DNA from: an uncultured Coxiellaceae bacterium | GTDB taxonomy: Bacteria > Myxococcota_A > Polyangia > Polyangiales > Houyiibacteriaceae | Length of the DNA stretch: 64,000 bases | Assembly (NCBI GenBank): GCA_964194675.1 | Contig: CAXMND010000044.1 | Span: 5,114-69,113 of the forward strand | Reading direction: 5' to 3' | In this document: piece by piece, positions 54,004-63,719 of the stretch | Position numbering within the stretch: the stretch's first letter is position 1 | How the letters are laid out: every line of letters starts with the position of its first letter | Program-made: the position numbers and the translations under genes | The notes under the pieces: generated by a model | Seen by the model: the letters and a program-made list of their open reading frames with translations, nothing else | Database searches by the model: none | Told to the model about the DNA's origin: nothing

Positions 54004-55782
54004 ATGTCGGGTGACGGACACGGGGAGCAGCGCGAGGTCCAGGAAGTCCTCCTTGTGGAGGACAACCTCATCGACGCCCAGCTGATCCGAAGGCTGCTAC
54101 GCAGGATCACCGATGCCTACTACCGGATCACGCATGTGCGCACCTTGAACGACGCCGTGCTTTCGGCCGAGGAGCTGGCGCCGGACGTGATCCTCGCCGA
54201 CCTGAACCTGCCGGACTCGCGAGGCACGCAAACTGTGTCGAGTCTGCAGACGTCCTATCCCGACGTCCCGCTAGTCATCGTGAGCGCTTGGGAAGACGAA
54301 GCCATCTCGCTTCGTTCGGTGAAGGCGGGCGCACAGGACTATCTCGTCAAAGGGCACATCGATGGAGCGAATCTCCATCGGGTCATTCGCTATGCCGTCG
54401 AACGCAAACGCACGGAGCTCGAGCTCGTGCGGCTGGCGCAATACGACCAGCTCACGTCGCTCCCGAACCGAACCTTGCTTCGTGAGCGGGTCGATCACGC
54501 CCTGCGAAGAGCCATGAGGAGCGGCACCGGGGTGGCGACTCTGATTCTCGACATGGACCGCTTCAAAGAGATCAACGACATGCTCGGACACGAGAGCGGC
54601 GACAAGCTTCTCATCGAAGCGGCAAAGCGTATCCGTGCCGCCGTTCGCGATCAGGATACGGTGGCTCGTCTTGGTGGCGACGAATTCGCGGTGATCCTAG
54701 AAGGGGTGAGTGAGGCCAAAGAGGTTTTACCGGTGGTCGAGCGCATCATGGAAAGCCTGGAAGAGGTCAAGAGCATCGACGGCAACCAAGTCAACAGCTC
54801 GACTAGCATCGGAATCGCGATGTACCCGGATAACGGAAACGATTTATCCGAGCTCTTGCGGGCTGCAGACCTTGCGATGTATCAGGCCAAGTCGTCCGGA
54901 CGCGGTCGCTATCAGTTCTTCGCCAGCGCAATGCAGGAAGAAGCGCAATCGAGGCACGCGCTCGAGTGGGCCTTGCGTCGCGCGGTGGAAAAGGAGGAGT
55001 TTCAGCTGGTCTACCAGCCGCAGATCTGCCTCCAAACGGGGCGTATCATCGGCGTCGAGGCCCTCATCCGCTGGATGAACCCGAGCCGGGGCCTCCTGAC
55101 CCCGTACCACTTCATCGCGGGCCTCGAAGAGTTTGGGCTGATCGACCAAGTGGGGGAATGGGTACTGCACACTGCTTGCGAGCAGCTGCGGCGTTGGCAT
55201 GAGATGGACCTGGAGCCAATGCGGATCGGGGTGAACGTCTCCGCTCGGCAGCTCGAGGATCCGATGTTCATCGACAAGGTCCGCAACGCGCTCGGGGAAA
55301 CGAATCTCCCGCCCGAGTTCCTCGAGCTCGAGCTCACGGAGAGCTCGCTGATGTCCGACGCGGCCATAGCAAGCAGCCTTCTTCGAAACATCCAAGACGT
55401 GGGCGTTCGCATCGCGATCGACGACTTCGGCACTGGCTACTCGTCACTGATGTATCTCCACGAGTTTCCGCTGAATGCCCTCAAGATCGACAAGAACTTC
55501 GTTCAGAGCGTGGGGTCGCACGGGCGAGGTGGGCCGATCTCCAACATGATCATCGGGCTCGGGCAGAATCTCGGGTTGGAAGTCATCGCAGAGGGCGTGG
55601 AAACCGAGGGTCAGCTCGAATACATGCGGGAGCGCGGCTGCGACATCGCGCAGGGATATCTGTACTCTCGGCCAGAATCGGCCGAGACGCTGACACCCTG
55701 GCTGAAGGCCAACCAACGTATCTCCGAGACCAATGTCCGCTCGATGCCGATCAGGGAACAGGGTAGCGGGTCGGGCTCCTGA
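54004..55782 (+). CDS. Response regulator with GGDEF and EAL domains (REC-GGDEF-EAL)
   Basis: Receiver (VLLVEDNLID...ILADLNLPDS), GGDEF (ARLGGDEFAVIL with RDQD I-site), EAL (GVEALIRW, DDFGTGYSSL, KIDKNFV, EGVE). Both catalytic motifs look intact. Confidence 0.9.
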   Translation: MSGDGHGEQREVQEVLLVEDNLIDAQLIRRLLRRITDAYYRITHVRTLNDAVLSAEELAPDVILADLNLPDSRGTQTVSSLQTSYPDVPLVIVSAWEDEAISLRSVKAGAQDYLVKGHIDGANLHRVIRYAVERKRTELELVRLAQYDQLTSLPNRTLLRERVDHALRRAMRSGTGVATLILDMDRFKEINDMLGHESGDKLLIEAAKRIRAAVRDQDTVARLGGDEFAVILEGVSEAKEVLPVVERIMESLEEVKSIDGNQVNSSTSIGIAMYPDNGNDLSELLRAADLAMYQAKSSGRGRYQFFASAMQEEAQSRHALEWALRRAVEKEEFQLVYQPQICLQTGRIIGVEALIRWMNPSRGLLTPYHFIAGLEEFGLIDQVGEWVLHTACEQLRRWHEMDLEPMRIGVNVSARQLEDPMFIDKVRNALGETNLPPEFLELELTESSLMSDAAIASSLLRNIQDVGVRIAIDDFGTGYSSLMYLHEFPLNALKIDKNFVQSVGSHGRGGPISNMIIGLGQNLGLEVIAEGVETEGQLEYMRERGCDIAQGYLYSRPESAETLTPWLKANQRISETNVRSMPIREQGSGSGS

Positions 55783-55812
55783 GCTCGCGCTGTGGTGTGC
55801 TAGCGTAGCGAT

Positions 55813-57183
55813 ATGGCGGCCGCGACGATTCTCGTCGTCGACGACGAACGGAACATCCTGACCACGGTCTCTCGGGCGCTAGGGCTCGAAGGTTACGGCG
55901 TGGAAGTCGCCGGAAGCGCGGAAATCGCGCTCGAGAAGCTCGCAAGGCAGACCTTCGATGCGATCTTGCTAGACGTCCAGCTGCCCGGCATGGATGGCCT
56001 CGCAATGCTGGTGGAGCTCGGCGAGCGCGACATTTCCACGCCGGTGATCATGATGAGCGGACACGCGACGATCGAAACCGCGATGGAGGCCACCAGGCGC
56101 GGCGCGGACGATTTCATCGAGAAGCCGATCGGAAGCGACCGACTCGTCCTATCCCTCGAGCGAAGCCTCGAGATCCACGAGCTCCAACGCGAGAATCGCG
56201 AGCTTCGGCGGCGCTATGACTTCGGGGCTTCGCTCCTCGGGCAGAGTCCGGCCATGTCGAAGCTCCGAGGGCAGATCGAGCTCGCCGGCAACTCCAATGC
56301 TTCGGTCCTGATCCTGGGAGAACGCGGGACCGGTAAAGAGTTGGTCGCCTCCGCGATCCACGCCGCTTCGTCGCGGGCGGAGGGGCCCCTCGAGAAACTC
56401 AATTGCGCGGCAGTTCCCGAAGGGCTGATCGAAAGTGAGCTATTTGGCCATGAGGCGGGGGCCTTCACCGGAGCTACCAAGCAACGTCGCGGGAAGTTCG
56501 AACGAGCCAGCGGAGGGACGCTCTTCCTGGACGAGGTAGGCGACATGCCCGCTCAAATGCAGGCGAAGCTCCTTCGGGTCCTGCAGGAAGGCGAGATCGA
56601 ACGCGTGGGGAGCAGCGCGACGATCGAAGTCGACGTGCGTGTCGTGGCCGCCACCAACAAGTCACTCCAAGTGGAGATCGAAGCGGGACGATTTCGGCCG
56701 GACCTCTTCGACCGGCTGAACGTCTTGCCCTTGAAGATCCCCGCCCTCAGAGAACGCACGGTCGACGTGCGGCTGCTGGCCGAGCACTTCCTCACCCTGG
56801 CGTGTGAAGTGCATGATCGCCCGGAAAAGGTGATCGCACCTGGCGCCATGGAATTGCTGGATGGGTACACGTATCCAGGCAACGTGCGTGAGCTGCGCAA
56901 TCTCATCGAACGTCTCGTCATCCTCACCCCGGACGAGACCATCACCGAAGCCCAAGCGCGGGCCTTGCTGCCGATCGGAACAGGAGAGGCGACCGGCGGC
57001 TATTTTCGGCCGGAAACCCCACTCAGGGAGATGGTCGAAGCCGCAGAGCGGGATCTGATCGAGCGAGCGTTGCAGTTTCGAGACGGGCACGTGACCAAGA
57101 CTGCCGCCGACCTAGGACTCGAGCGGAGCCACCTGTACAAGAAGATGCGCGCGCTCAGGATCCGCAGGGCCAGCAACGAGTGA
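55813..57183 (+). CDS. Sigma54-dependent response regulator (NtrC family)
   Basis: Receiver (ILVVDDERN...ILLDVQLPGMDG...EKPI), AAA+ (GERGTGKE, ESELFGHEAGAFTGA), C-terminal HTH (GHVTKTAADLGLERSHL). Confidence 0.9.
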   Translation: MAAATILVVDDERNILTTVSRALGLEGYGVEVAGSAEIALEKLARQTFDAILLDVQLPGMDGLAMLVELGERDISTPVIMMSGHATIETAMEATRRGADDFIEKPIGSDRLVLSLERSLEIHELQRENRELRRRYDFGASLLGQSPAMSKLRGQIELAGNSNASVLILGERGTGKELVASAIHAASSRAEGPLEKLNCAAVPEGLIESELFGHEAGAFTGATKQRRGKFERASGGTLFLDEVGDMPAQMQAKLLRVLQEGEIERVGSSATIEVDVRVVAATNKSLQVEIEAGRFRPDLFDRLNVLPLKIPALRERTVDVRLLAEHFLTLACEVHDRPEKVIAPGAMELLDGYTYPGNVRELRNLIERLVILTPDETITEAQARALLPIGTGEATGGYFRPETPLREMVEAAERDLIERALQFRDGHVTKTAADLGLERSHLYKKMRALRIRRASNE

Positions 57184-58077
57184 TTGCGTTCTGCGCGCTC
57201 TCAACATAGAGATCCAAGCCCCGTTGGGGCCGAGGCAACCTTGCTGGACAAACTTCTACCCATCGATCCCCAGATTGCCGAGCGCATCGACGCGCTCAAC
57301 CTGTCGTTCAACAAGTTCGGGATCGACCCGTACGGCATCGCCCGAACCGACTTGATTCGATTCATGTCGGGATTCGCGTGGATCTACCGGCACTACTTCA
57401 AGGTCGACGTCTACGGGCTCGAGAACGTGCCGTCTCACGGCAGGGCGATGCTGATCGGCAATCACTCGGGCGGGGTTGCGATCGATGCCGCGATGGTCAT
57501 GGGTTCGATGCTCCTCGACGCAGAGCCGCCGCGCCTCCCACAAGCGATGATCGACAGGTTCATCCATCAATTTCCGGGCGCATCTCAGATCATGAGCCGC
57601 ACCGGCCAATTCACGGGAAATCCGGACCAAGCCATTCGACTGCTCCGCGACGACCGGCTCCTGCTCGTGTTTCCCGAGGGCGCCCGTGGTACGGCGAAGC
57701 TCGCGAAAGACGCCGACACGCTCGTGGGCTTTGGAACGGGCTTCATGCGATTGGCGCTCGAGACCAAGAGCCCGATCATCCCGTTCGGATTCGTCGGCGG
57801 CGGAGAGGCGCTGCCGACGGTGGCCAACTTGAAGACCCTAGGCCGCTTGATCGGGATTCCGTACATCCCCATCACGAAATGGGGCGTGCTGGTACCGAAG
57901 CCGACTCGGTTCCAGCTTCTCTACGGGAAGCCCATGGTCTTCGAGGGCTCGGGCCACGAACGGGACGAGATCTGTGGGGCGATGGTCGACGAGGTCAAGA
58001 CGAGGATCAGTGATTTGATACGGCAGGGGCGTCAGCTCAGAGAGAAGAACATCACCGAAGCGGATCTCGTGTTGTAA
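57184..58077 (+). CDS. Lysophospholipid/1-acyl-glycerol-3-phosphate acyltransferase family protein
   Basis: NHSGGVAID (HX4D motif) and VFPEGARG (motif III). Starts directly after the NtrC stop (TTG 57184; alternative TTG 57241). Confidence 0.75.
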   Translation: MRSARSQHRDPSPVGAEATLLDKLLPIDPQIAERIDALNLSFNKFGIDPYGIARTDLIRFMSGFAWIYRHYFKVDVYGLENVPSHGRAMLIGNHSGGVAIDAAMVMGSMLLDAEPPRLPQAMIDRFIHQFPGASQIMSRTGQFTGNPDQAIRLLRDDRLLLVFPEGARGTAKLAKDADTLVGFGTGFMRLALETKSPIIPFGFVGGGEALPTVANLKTLGRLIGIPYIPITKWGVLVPKPTRFQLLYGKPMVFEGSGHERDEICGAMVDEVKTRISDLIRQGRQLREKNITEADLVL

Positions 58078-58991
58078 TGAAGGTGCTGGTCACAGGCGTT
58101 GCAGGAACCTTGGGGCAGCGGGTCGCGATGCGACTCATCGAGCGTGGACACGACGTGATCGGGATCGATCGGCGGCCCTGGGCAGACGCGCCGAAGTCGA
58201 TCGAGATGCATCAGTACGACATCCGCAAGCGCCCCGCCGAGGACGTATTTCGAACGCGCCGCCCCCAGGCGGCCATCCACATGGCGACGGTCACCCACCT
58301 CGTTCACAAGAGCCCGGACAGGATGCGCGTGAACCTCTACGGGACGCGCGCGTTCATCCAGCACTGCCACAACTATGGGGTGAAGCAGGCGATCTTCGTC
58401 GGCCGGCATACGTTCTACGGCGCTGCTGCCGACTCACCCCTCTATCACACCGAGGACGAGCCGCCGATGGCGGCGCACAGTTTCCCGGAGCTCGCCGACC
58501 TCGTCGCCGCCGATCTCTATGCGGCGTCCGCACTATGGCGCTACCCGGAGATAGCCACGTGCGTGCTGCGGATGGTGTATACCCTTGGCCCAAGCAAACA
58601 CGGAACGCTTGCATCGTACCTCAAGGGTCCGACCGTCCCGCTCGTGATGGGATTCGATCCTCTCCTTCACTTCATCCACGAAGACGACGCAGCGGAAGCG
58701 ATCGCCACTGCCCTCAGCCGCAAGCTTCACGGGGTCTACAACGTTTCCGGTCCGACGCCGGTCCCGATCTCCATCATCGTGCGCGCTGCAGGAAGGCGCA
58801 CATTGCCCGTGCCGGCGATCATGATCAACCTCGGGCTTGGCCGACTGGCCCTTCCGAATTTGCCGCCAGCCGCGATCGACCATTTGAAGTATCCGATCGT
58901 CGTCGACAGCGAGGCGTTCAAACGCGCAACCGGCTACCAGCATCGCTACGACGAGCGCGAGACTATCGATGCGTTTCGCGCGGCCCAGTAG
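58077..58991 (+). CDS. NAD-dependent epimerase/dehydratase (extended SDR)
   Basis: [16 protein letters not shown] Rossmann GxxGxxG. 304 aa. TAATG overlap with the upstream gene. Confidence 0.8.
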   Translation: MKVLVTGVAGTLGQRVAMRLIERGHDVIGIDRRPWADAPKSIEMHQYDIRKRPAEDVFRTRRPQAAIHMATVTHLVHKSPDRMRVNLYGTRAFIQHCHNYGVKQAIFVGRHTFYGAAADSPLYHTEDEPPMAAHSFPELADLVAADLYAASALWRYPEIATCVLRMVYTLGPSKHGTLASYLKGPTVPLVMGFDPLLHFIHEDDAAEAIATALSRKLHGVYNVSGPTPVPISIIVRAAGRRTLPVPAIMINLGLGRLALPNLPPAAIDHLKYPIVVDSEAFKRATGYQHRYDERETIDAFRAAQ

Positions 58992-59017
58992 TGTGCGGAT
59001 CTTTTCGCTCGCACACT
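58990..59017. terminator. Conserved intergenic hairpin, copy 2 of 2
   Basis: AGTGTGCG (58990-58997) pairs with CGCACACT (59010-59017). Overlaps the TAG stop at 58989-58991. 25 of 27 nt identical to copy 1 (GTGTGCGGATCTTTTCkCTCsCACAC). Confidence 0.5.
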
Positions 59018-59041
59018 GGAAATCGGCCGCAAACGCATATC

Positions 59042-59650
59042 TTACAGGGGGAGCTCCATGAACTTTACGTTTGGGACTCCCGAATTGTGCCGACCTTTGA
59101 ACCGCTTCTCTTTGACGAGCCCGAAGCCGAGTCGTCGGTAGAGTATTTCCGCACGCGGATTGTTGTCTGCAACATCCAGCGTCATTTTCTCAAAGCCTGC
59201 CGCCTTTGCCTTCGCGGTTTCGTGCTGGATCAGGGCGGAGCCGACGCCGTGCCCGCGCATGTCGGCGCGCACCCCCAAGTTCGCGATGTAGACGCTCCCG
59301 GGTCGCGGGCGCCAGATAACGCTTCCCGAGTGACTCGCGTGCCGAAGCACCGACGCCATCCCGCGGAACCCATAGAACCGGAGGATCTCGTACGCGCTCC
59401 CGCGCTGGAGCGCCGGATACTGGTCTCCCGTGTAAAACGCCCCCACCCCGACGATTTCGCCGTCGGCAATGGCTACCGTGTGAATCGTGTGACCGATGAA
59501 GCCATGACCGCTTCGGAACTCGTGCGCGACGTAGTCCCGGGCCGCGATCTTCCCACGGGCGAACATGTAGTCGTAGAGTTCGGGCGCAGAGCTATAGAGA
59601 AGATCGCGGCATTCGTCGGCGGCAAGGGCGGCGCGAAAAGTAAGGTCCAT
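59042..59650 (-). CDS. GNAT family N-acetyltransferase
   Basis: Acetyl-CoA motif A LGVRADMRGHGVGSALI. About 200 aa. ATG 59648-59650 (MDLTFRAA); the ORF track extends to GTG 59680. Confidence 0.8.
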   Translation of the reverse strand: MDLTFRAALAADECRDLLYSSAPELYDYMFARGKIAARDYVAHEFRSGHGFIGHTIHTVAIADGEIVGVGAFYTGDQYPALQRGSAYEILRFYGFRGMASVLRHASHSGSVIWRPRPGSVYIANLGVRADMRGHGVGSALIQHETAKAKAAGFEKMTLDVADNNPRAEILYRRLGFGLVKEKRFKGRHNSGVPNVKFMELPL

Positions 59651-59732
59651 ATCGCTGGACCCTAGCAGTTGAAAACCCACGAGGGGTTGCGCTTTTTTTG
59701 ACTGCTGATCGCCGGCGACAGAAGGTCAGGTC

Positions 59733-60701
59733 ATGTCGGTTTCGCGGGAGCGATGCGAGCTTCGCGGTCAGATCCTGGATGGCCGCTACCGCGTGGGAAA
59801 CGCGATCGGGGTCGGGGGGACGGGAATCGTCTTCGAGGCCGAACGCTTGGCCACGCTCGAGCCGGTCGTCGTGAAAACGCTGCGCCCGGCGTACGCGGGA
59901 AATCCAGATCTGACGGCGCGGGTCCTTCGCGAGGTCGAGGTCGCGCGCCGAGTTTTCCACCCTGGTATCGTTCCGGTGACCGACCACGGAACGCTCGACG
60001 ACGATTCGCCGTACGTGGTGATGAAGTACATGCGCTCCGAAAGCCTTGCGACTTACCTGCGGCGCTCGGGCACCCTCAGCGCGCCGCAAGTCTCTGTGAT
60101 CATGGCCCGCCTCGCGTCGATTCTGCACAGCGTGCACCGACACGGCTACGTCCATCGCGACATCAAGCCAGAGCACATCCTGATGAACCGCGGTGCGTAC
60201 GGCGAGCTCGACGTGCATCTGCTCGACTTCGGCGTCTGCGCCGCCGAAACCGCGCCGGCGGACGAACGATCGCGGGAGCGTGGACGTGTGTACGGCACCC
60301 CGAGCTATGCATCGCCCGAGCAGGCCAGCGGAAATCCCTACGTCGACGCTCGCGCCGACCTCTTTGGGGTGGGGACCACGATGTTCGAGGCGCTCACGGG
60401 GCAGCTCCCCTTCACGGGAACCGACGTAAACACAGTCCTTCGGCGCATCATTCGCGAAGACGCGCCGCGCGCCTCACTGCTATCGCCGCACGTTTGCCCT
60501 GCGATGGACAACGTTCTGTCGAAGCTGATGAGTCGCAATCCTGCGGCAAGATACCCTTCGGCTCGCGCGCTGATGCGGGCCCTCGAGCCCTGGCTTCAAG
60601 ACCGCGTGCGCACCGAGCGAGCCCTGGCCGAAACCCTCCAGGTCCCAGCGGAAACCTCCAGCATCCGGCCAACCGCCCGCCACGAAATGGCCGCGGCGTA
60701 A
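59733..60701 (+). CDS. Hanks-type serine/threonine protein kinase (kinase domain only)
   Basis: IGVGGTGIVF (P-loop), VVVKTL (Lys), HRDIKPEHIL, DFG, GTPSYASPEQ. 322 aa with no sensor domain. Confidence 0.88.
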   Translation: MSVSRERCELRGQILDGRYRVGNAIGVGGTGIVFEAERLATLEPVVVKTLRPAYAGNPDLTARVLREVEVARRVFHPGIVPVTDHGTLDDDSPYVVMKYMRSESLATYLRRSGTLSAPQVSVIMARLASILHSVHRHGYVHRDIKPEHILMNRGAYGELDVHLLDFGVCAAETAPADERSRERGRVYGTPSYASPEQASGNPYVDARADLFGVGTTMFEALTGQLPFTGTDVNTVLRRIIREDAPRASLLSPHVCPAMDNVLSKLMSRNPAARYPSARALMRALEPWLQDRVRTERALAETLQVPAETSSIRPTARHEMAAA

Positions 60702-60727
60702 AAACTCTTGGTGCTCGTGCTCGACTC

Positions 60728-61648
60728 TTAGTCCTTCGTCAGTTTGTCTACCAGCCCCTGCACATCCGCCGGGGCGGCCATCGCATGGTACCCCTTGTCG
60801 ACGTAGAGGATCGTGCCGGTGATTCCACTTGCAAGCGGGCTACACAGGAAAGCCGCGGCATTTCCGACCTCGTCGCCACGAAGCGCGACCGGCAGCGGAG
60901 CGTTGAGCTCGTAGTACTTGATCATCTTGTGAATGAAGCCGATAGCCGTCGCGGCGCGCGAGGCGTAGGGACCCGCTGAGATCACGTTGACGCGGTGGCC
61001 CCACCGTCGCCCGGTTTCGAACGCCAACATCCGGGCATCGTTCTCGAGCGCAGCTTTCGCCGACGCCATGCCCCCACCGTAGTCCGCAACGACGCCTTGA
61101 CTGGCGAGGTACGAAAGCGCCAAGAACGAGCCCTCGTCTCTCATCAAAGGCTGGAGCCGCTGCACCAAAGACACGAACGAATAGGCGCTCGCGCTGTGCG
61201 CAGCGAGGTACCCCGCACGGCTCGTTTCGAGCAGCGGCTTGGTTACTTCGGGCCCATTCGCAAGGCTGTGGACCACAATATCGAGGCACGGGCTCCCGAA
61301 GTCGTCGCGCAACCGCTGGGCTACGCCATCGAGCGTGAAGTCGCCGCGATCGCGGTAACGCTTGCTGCCTCGCAGCTCGTCGGGAACATCATCGAGGGAG
61401 TCGTATTCCGCATCGAGCGGATAGATCGCTTCGAACTCGAGCTCGCCGCCTCCCGGCAGCTGGAGCGATTCGTCGAGCTTCCCTCGCCGGAGGAGCGTTT
61501 CGAAAATGCCCAAGGCCGGCGGCCAAGTACCGACGCACACCGAAGCGCCGGCGCTCGCGAGCGCCTTAGCAATGGCAAAACCAAAACCGCCATCGTCCGC
61601 AACACCAGCGACGAAAGCCCTCTTCCCAGACAGATCGATCGACAACAT
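60728..61648 (-). CDS. fabI: Enoyl-[acyl-carrier-protein] reductase, long plant/chlamydia-like FabI
   Basis: GKRAFVAGVADDGGFGFAIAKAL...GTWPPALGIFETLLRRGK...VHSLANGPEVTKPLLETSR...GGGMASAKAALE...ISAGP, near-collinear with plastid-type ENR as I recall it. 306 aa. Confidence 0.85.
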   Translation of the reverse strand: MLSIDLSGKRAFVAGVADDGGFGFAIAKALASAGASVCVGTWPPALGIFETLLRRGKLDESLQLPGGGELEFEAIYPLDAEYDSLDDVPDELRGSKRYRDRGDFTLDGVAQRLRDDFGSPCLDIVVHSLANGPEVTKPLLETSRAGYLAAHSASAYSFVSLVQRLQPLMRDEGSFLALSYLASQGVVADYGGGMASAKAALENDARMLAFETGRRWGHRVNVISAGPYASRAATAIGFIHKMIKYYELNAPLPVALRGDEVGNAAAFLCSPLASGITGTILYVDKGYHAMAAPADVQGLVDKLTKD

Positions 61649-61695
61649 GCGCCGAACCTTATCGCCAGTCGCCCCAACCCGCTACACTCCGCGCC

Positions 61696-63156
61696 ATGCA
61701 GGGGCAGGAACAGGGCGTCGACTACGATCGAGTTGGGGGGGGGTACTTTCGGGAGCGCGGTTTACGCCGCTATGCGGGAGTCTGGTCGCTTTGGGCTCTG
61801 GGCGTCGGGGCGGTCATCTCGGGCGATTTTTTCGGGTGGAACTTCGGGCTCGCAGCGGGCGGCTTTGGAGGCCTGTTGATCGCCACCGTGATCATCACCG
61901 TCATGTACGCCGGCCTTTGTTTCAGTATCGCGGAAATGACCGCAGCGCTTCCGCACACCGGAGGTGCATACTCTTTTGCGCGGTCTGCGATGGGTCCCTG
62001 GGGGGGGTACATCACGGGCCTCGCAGAGAACATGGAGTACGTGCTCACGCCGGCCGTGATCGTGGTCGGCATCGGCGGTTACCTCGGCGCGATCTTTGGC
62101 ACACCGCCCGCGGTAGAACCACTTTGGTGGCTGGTCAGTTACGCACTATTCGTCGGGCTCAACATTACAGGGGTCGAGATCACCTTTCGATTCACGGTCC
62201 TGATCACCGTGCTCGCCCTAGGGGTGCTATTGGTGTTCTGGGTTTCGGCGATACCCCACTTCGACTTGAAGTGGGCGCTCAACGTCGAGCCCGAAGCCGA
62301 CGGCACTCGATGGCTGCCTAAGGGCTACATCGGGATTCTGTCGGCATTGCCCTTCGCGATCTGGTTTTTCCTCGCGATCGAACAACTTCCGCTCGCGGCC
62401 GAGGAAGCAGAGGCGCCGGGCCGGGACCTCCCGCGAGGCCTGCTGCTCGGACTGTTGACGCTGGTCGTGGCGGCCTTCCTGACTTTGTTTCTGAACGCAG
62501 GCATCGCGCCAGGCTCCTCGGCGTTGGGTTCATCCGCGGAACCACTGTTCGAAGGATTCAAAACGACCTTCGGCGGCGGCCTCAGCGCCAAGCTGCTCGC
62601 CCTGGTGGCGGTCACCGGCCTGGTCGCCAGCTTTCACACGATCATCTTTGCCTATGGGCGGCAGATCTTTTCGCTTTCGCGAGCGGGCTATTTTCCGCGT
62701 TGGTTGTCTCGCACGCATCCGACTCGGCAAACCCCGCACGCAGCCCTCTTGGTGGGCGCTGCGCTCGGCTACGCAGTGGCTTACGGCATCCACGCGCTCG
62801 GACCCGAGCATCCCGTTGGGGCGGTGTTGTTGAACATGGCGGTATTTGGCGCGGTGATCGCCTATGCCCTCCAGATGCTCTCGTACATCCTGCTCCGCAT
62901 CCGGTTGCCGAACATCGCACGCCCGTACCGTAGCCCCCTGGGTATCCCGGGTGCAGCGATCGCGCTGATCGTGGCCATCGTGACCCTAGTGGCGCTCTTC
63001 GTCACGGACCCGATCTACCAAAAGGTTGTGGTCGGCGCGGCGGTTTGGTATGGACTCGGACTTTTGTGGTTTGCGCTCTACGCGCGGCACAAGCTGGTCC
63101 TCGCTCCGGAGGAATCTTTTGCGCGATCGGCATACGCTCGGCAGGACGATCCTTGA
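61696..63156 (+). CDS. eat: Ethanolamine permease (APC superfamily)
   Basis: LWALGVGAVISGDFFGWNFG...MYAGLCFSIAEMTAALPHTGGAYSFAR matches the Eat/EutP-type ethanolamine permease N-terminal signature. About 12 TM. No eutBC in the window. Confidence 0.8.
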   Translation: MQGQEQGVDYDRVGGGYFRERGLRRYAGVWSLWALGVGAVISGDFFGWNFGLAAGGFGGLLIATVIITVMYAGLCFSIAEMTAALPHTGGAYSFARSAMGPWGGYITGLAENMEYVLTPAVIVVGIGGYLGAIFGTPPAVEPLWWLVSYALFVGLNITGVEITFRFTVLITVLALGVLLVFWVSAIPHFDLKWALNVEPEADGTRWLPKGYIGILSALPFAIWFFLAIEQLPLAAEEAEAPGRDLPRGLLLGLLTLVVAAFLTLFLNAGIAPGSSALGSSAEPLFEGFKTTFGGGLSAKLLALVAVTGLVASFHTIIFAYGRQIFSLSRAGYFPRWLSRTHPTRQTPHAALLVGAALGYAVAYGIHALGPEHPVGAVLLNMAVFGAVIAYALQMLSYILLRIRLPNIARPYRSPLGIPGAAIALIVAIVTLVALFVTDPIYQKVVVGAAVWYGLGLLWFALYARHKLVLAPEESFARSAYARQDDP

Positions 63157-63178
63157 CCGACGTGCAAGGCTCCGGCGC

Positions 63179-63664
63179 ATGCACGTTCTTTTCGTAAGGC
63201 ACGGGGCGGCTGTCGACATGAGCTCAGCACCGACCGACCGTGAGCGCTGGTTGACCGATGAGGGCCGCAGATCGATCACATCAGTTGGGAAGGCGCTCGC
63301 AAAGTTGGACCTCCCCTACACCTGTATCTACACGAGCCCGCTCGTTCGCGCTGTCCAGACGGCGGAGATTCTCGCCGCTACCCAAGCGAAGTTCGCGGGT
63401 CCCGTCGAAGTATACCCACCACTGTCGAGCGAAGAAGGAACAACGGTACAAGCCCTCGAGCCACTCAAACATGCGGCCGACGACGACGTCGTCGTCATGG
63501 TGACCCACATGCCCAAGGTCGAAGTTCTCGCCGGGCACGTTTGTCAAATGCAACGGTTCGCATCGTTCAAGACGGGATCGGCGTGCTTGGTTCGCATCGA
63601 GGGCGACAGGGGCTCGTTTCAGTGGATGCTCGATCCCCAAACGCTCGAGCTTAGATACGGCTGA
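63179..63664 (+). CDS. sixA: Phosphohistidine phosphatase SixA
   Basis: MHVLFVRHGAA (RHG catalytic motif), TSPLVRAVQTAEIL, VVMVTHMP. 161 aa from ATG 63179 inside ORF 63026-63664. Confidence 0.8.
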   Translation: MHVLFVRHGAAVDMSSAPTDRERWLTDEGRRSITSVGKALAKLDLPYTCIYTSPLVRAVQTAEILAATQAKFAGPVEVYPPLSSEEGTTVQALEPLKHAADDDVVVMVTHMPKVEVLAGHVCQMQRFASFKTGSACLVRIEGDRGSFQWMLDPQTLELRYG

Positions 63665-63719
63665 ACACTAGCCGCCTTCGGCGAGCAGTTTGTCCCGCCC
63701 CACCAACCCACACTATCAC

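Noticed and set aside
59042-59650. The GNAT acetyltransferase as the toxin of a GNAT/RHH toxin-antitoxin pair.
   Set aside because: There is no small RHH/DUF1778-type antitoxin ORF adjacent on either side. The neighbours are a convergent epimerase and a divergent kinase.
62664-62675. A third copy of the hairpin-loop 12-mer GATCTTTTCGCT inside the eat gene.
   Set aside because: The flanking GTGTGC / GCACAC stem arms are absent and the match is in-frame coding sequence. It is not the same element, though a genome-wide search would be needed to judge significance.
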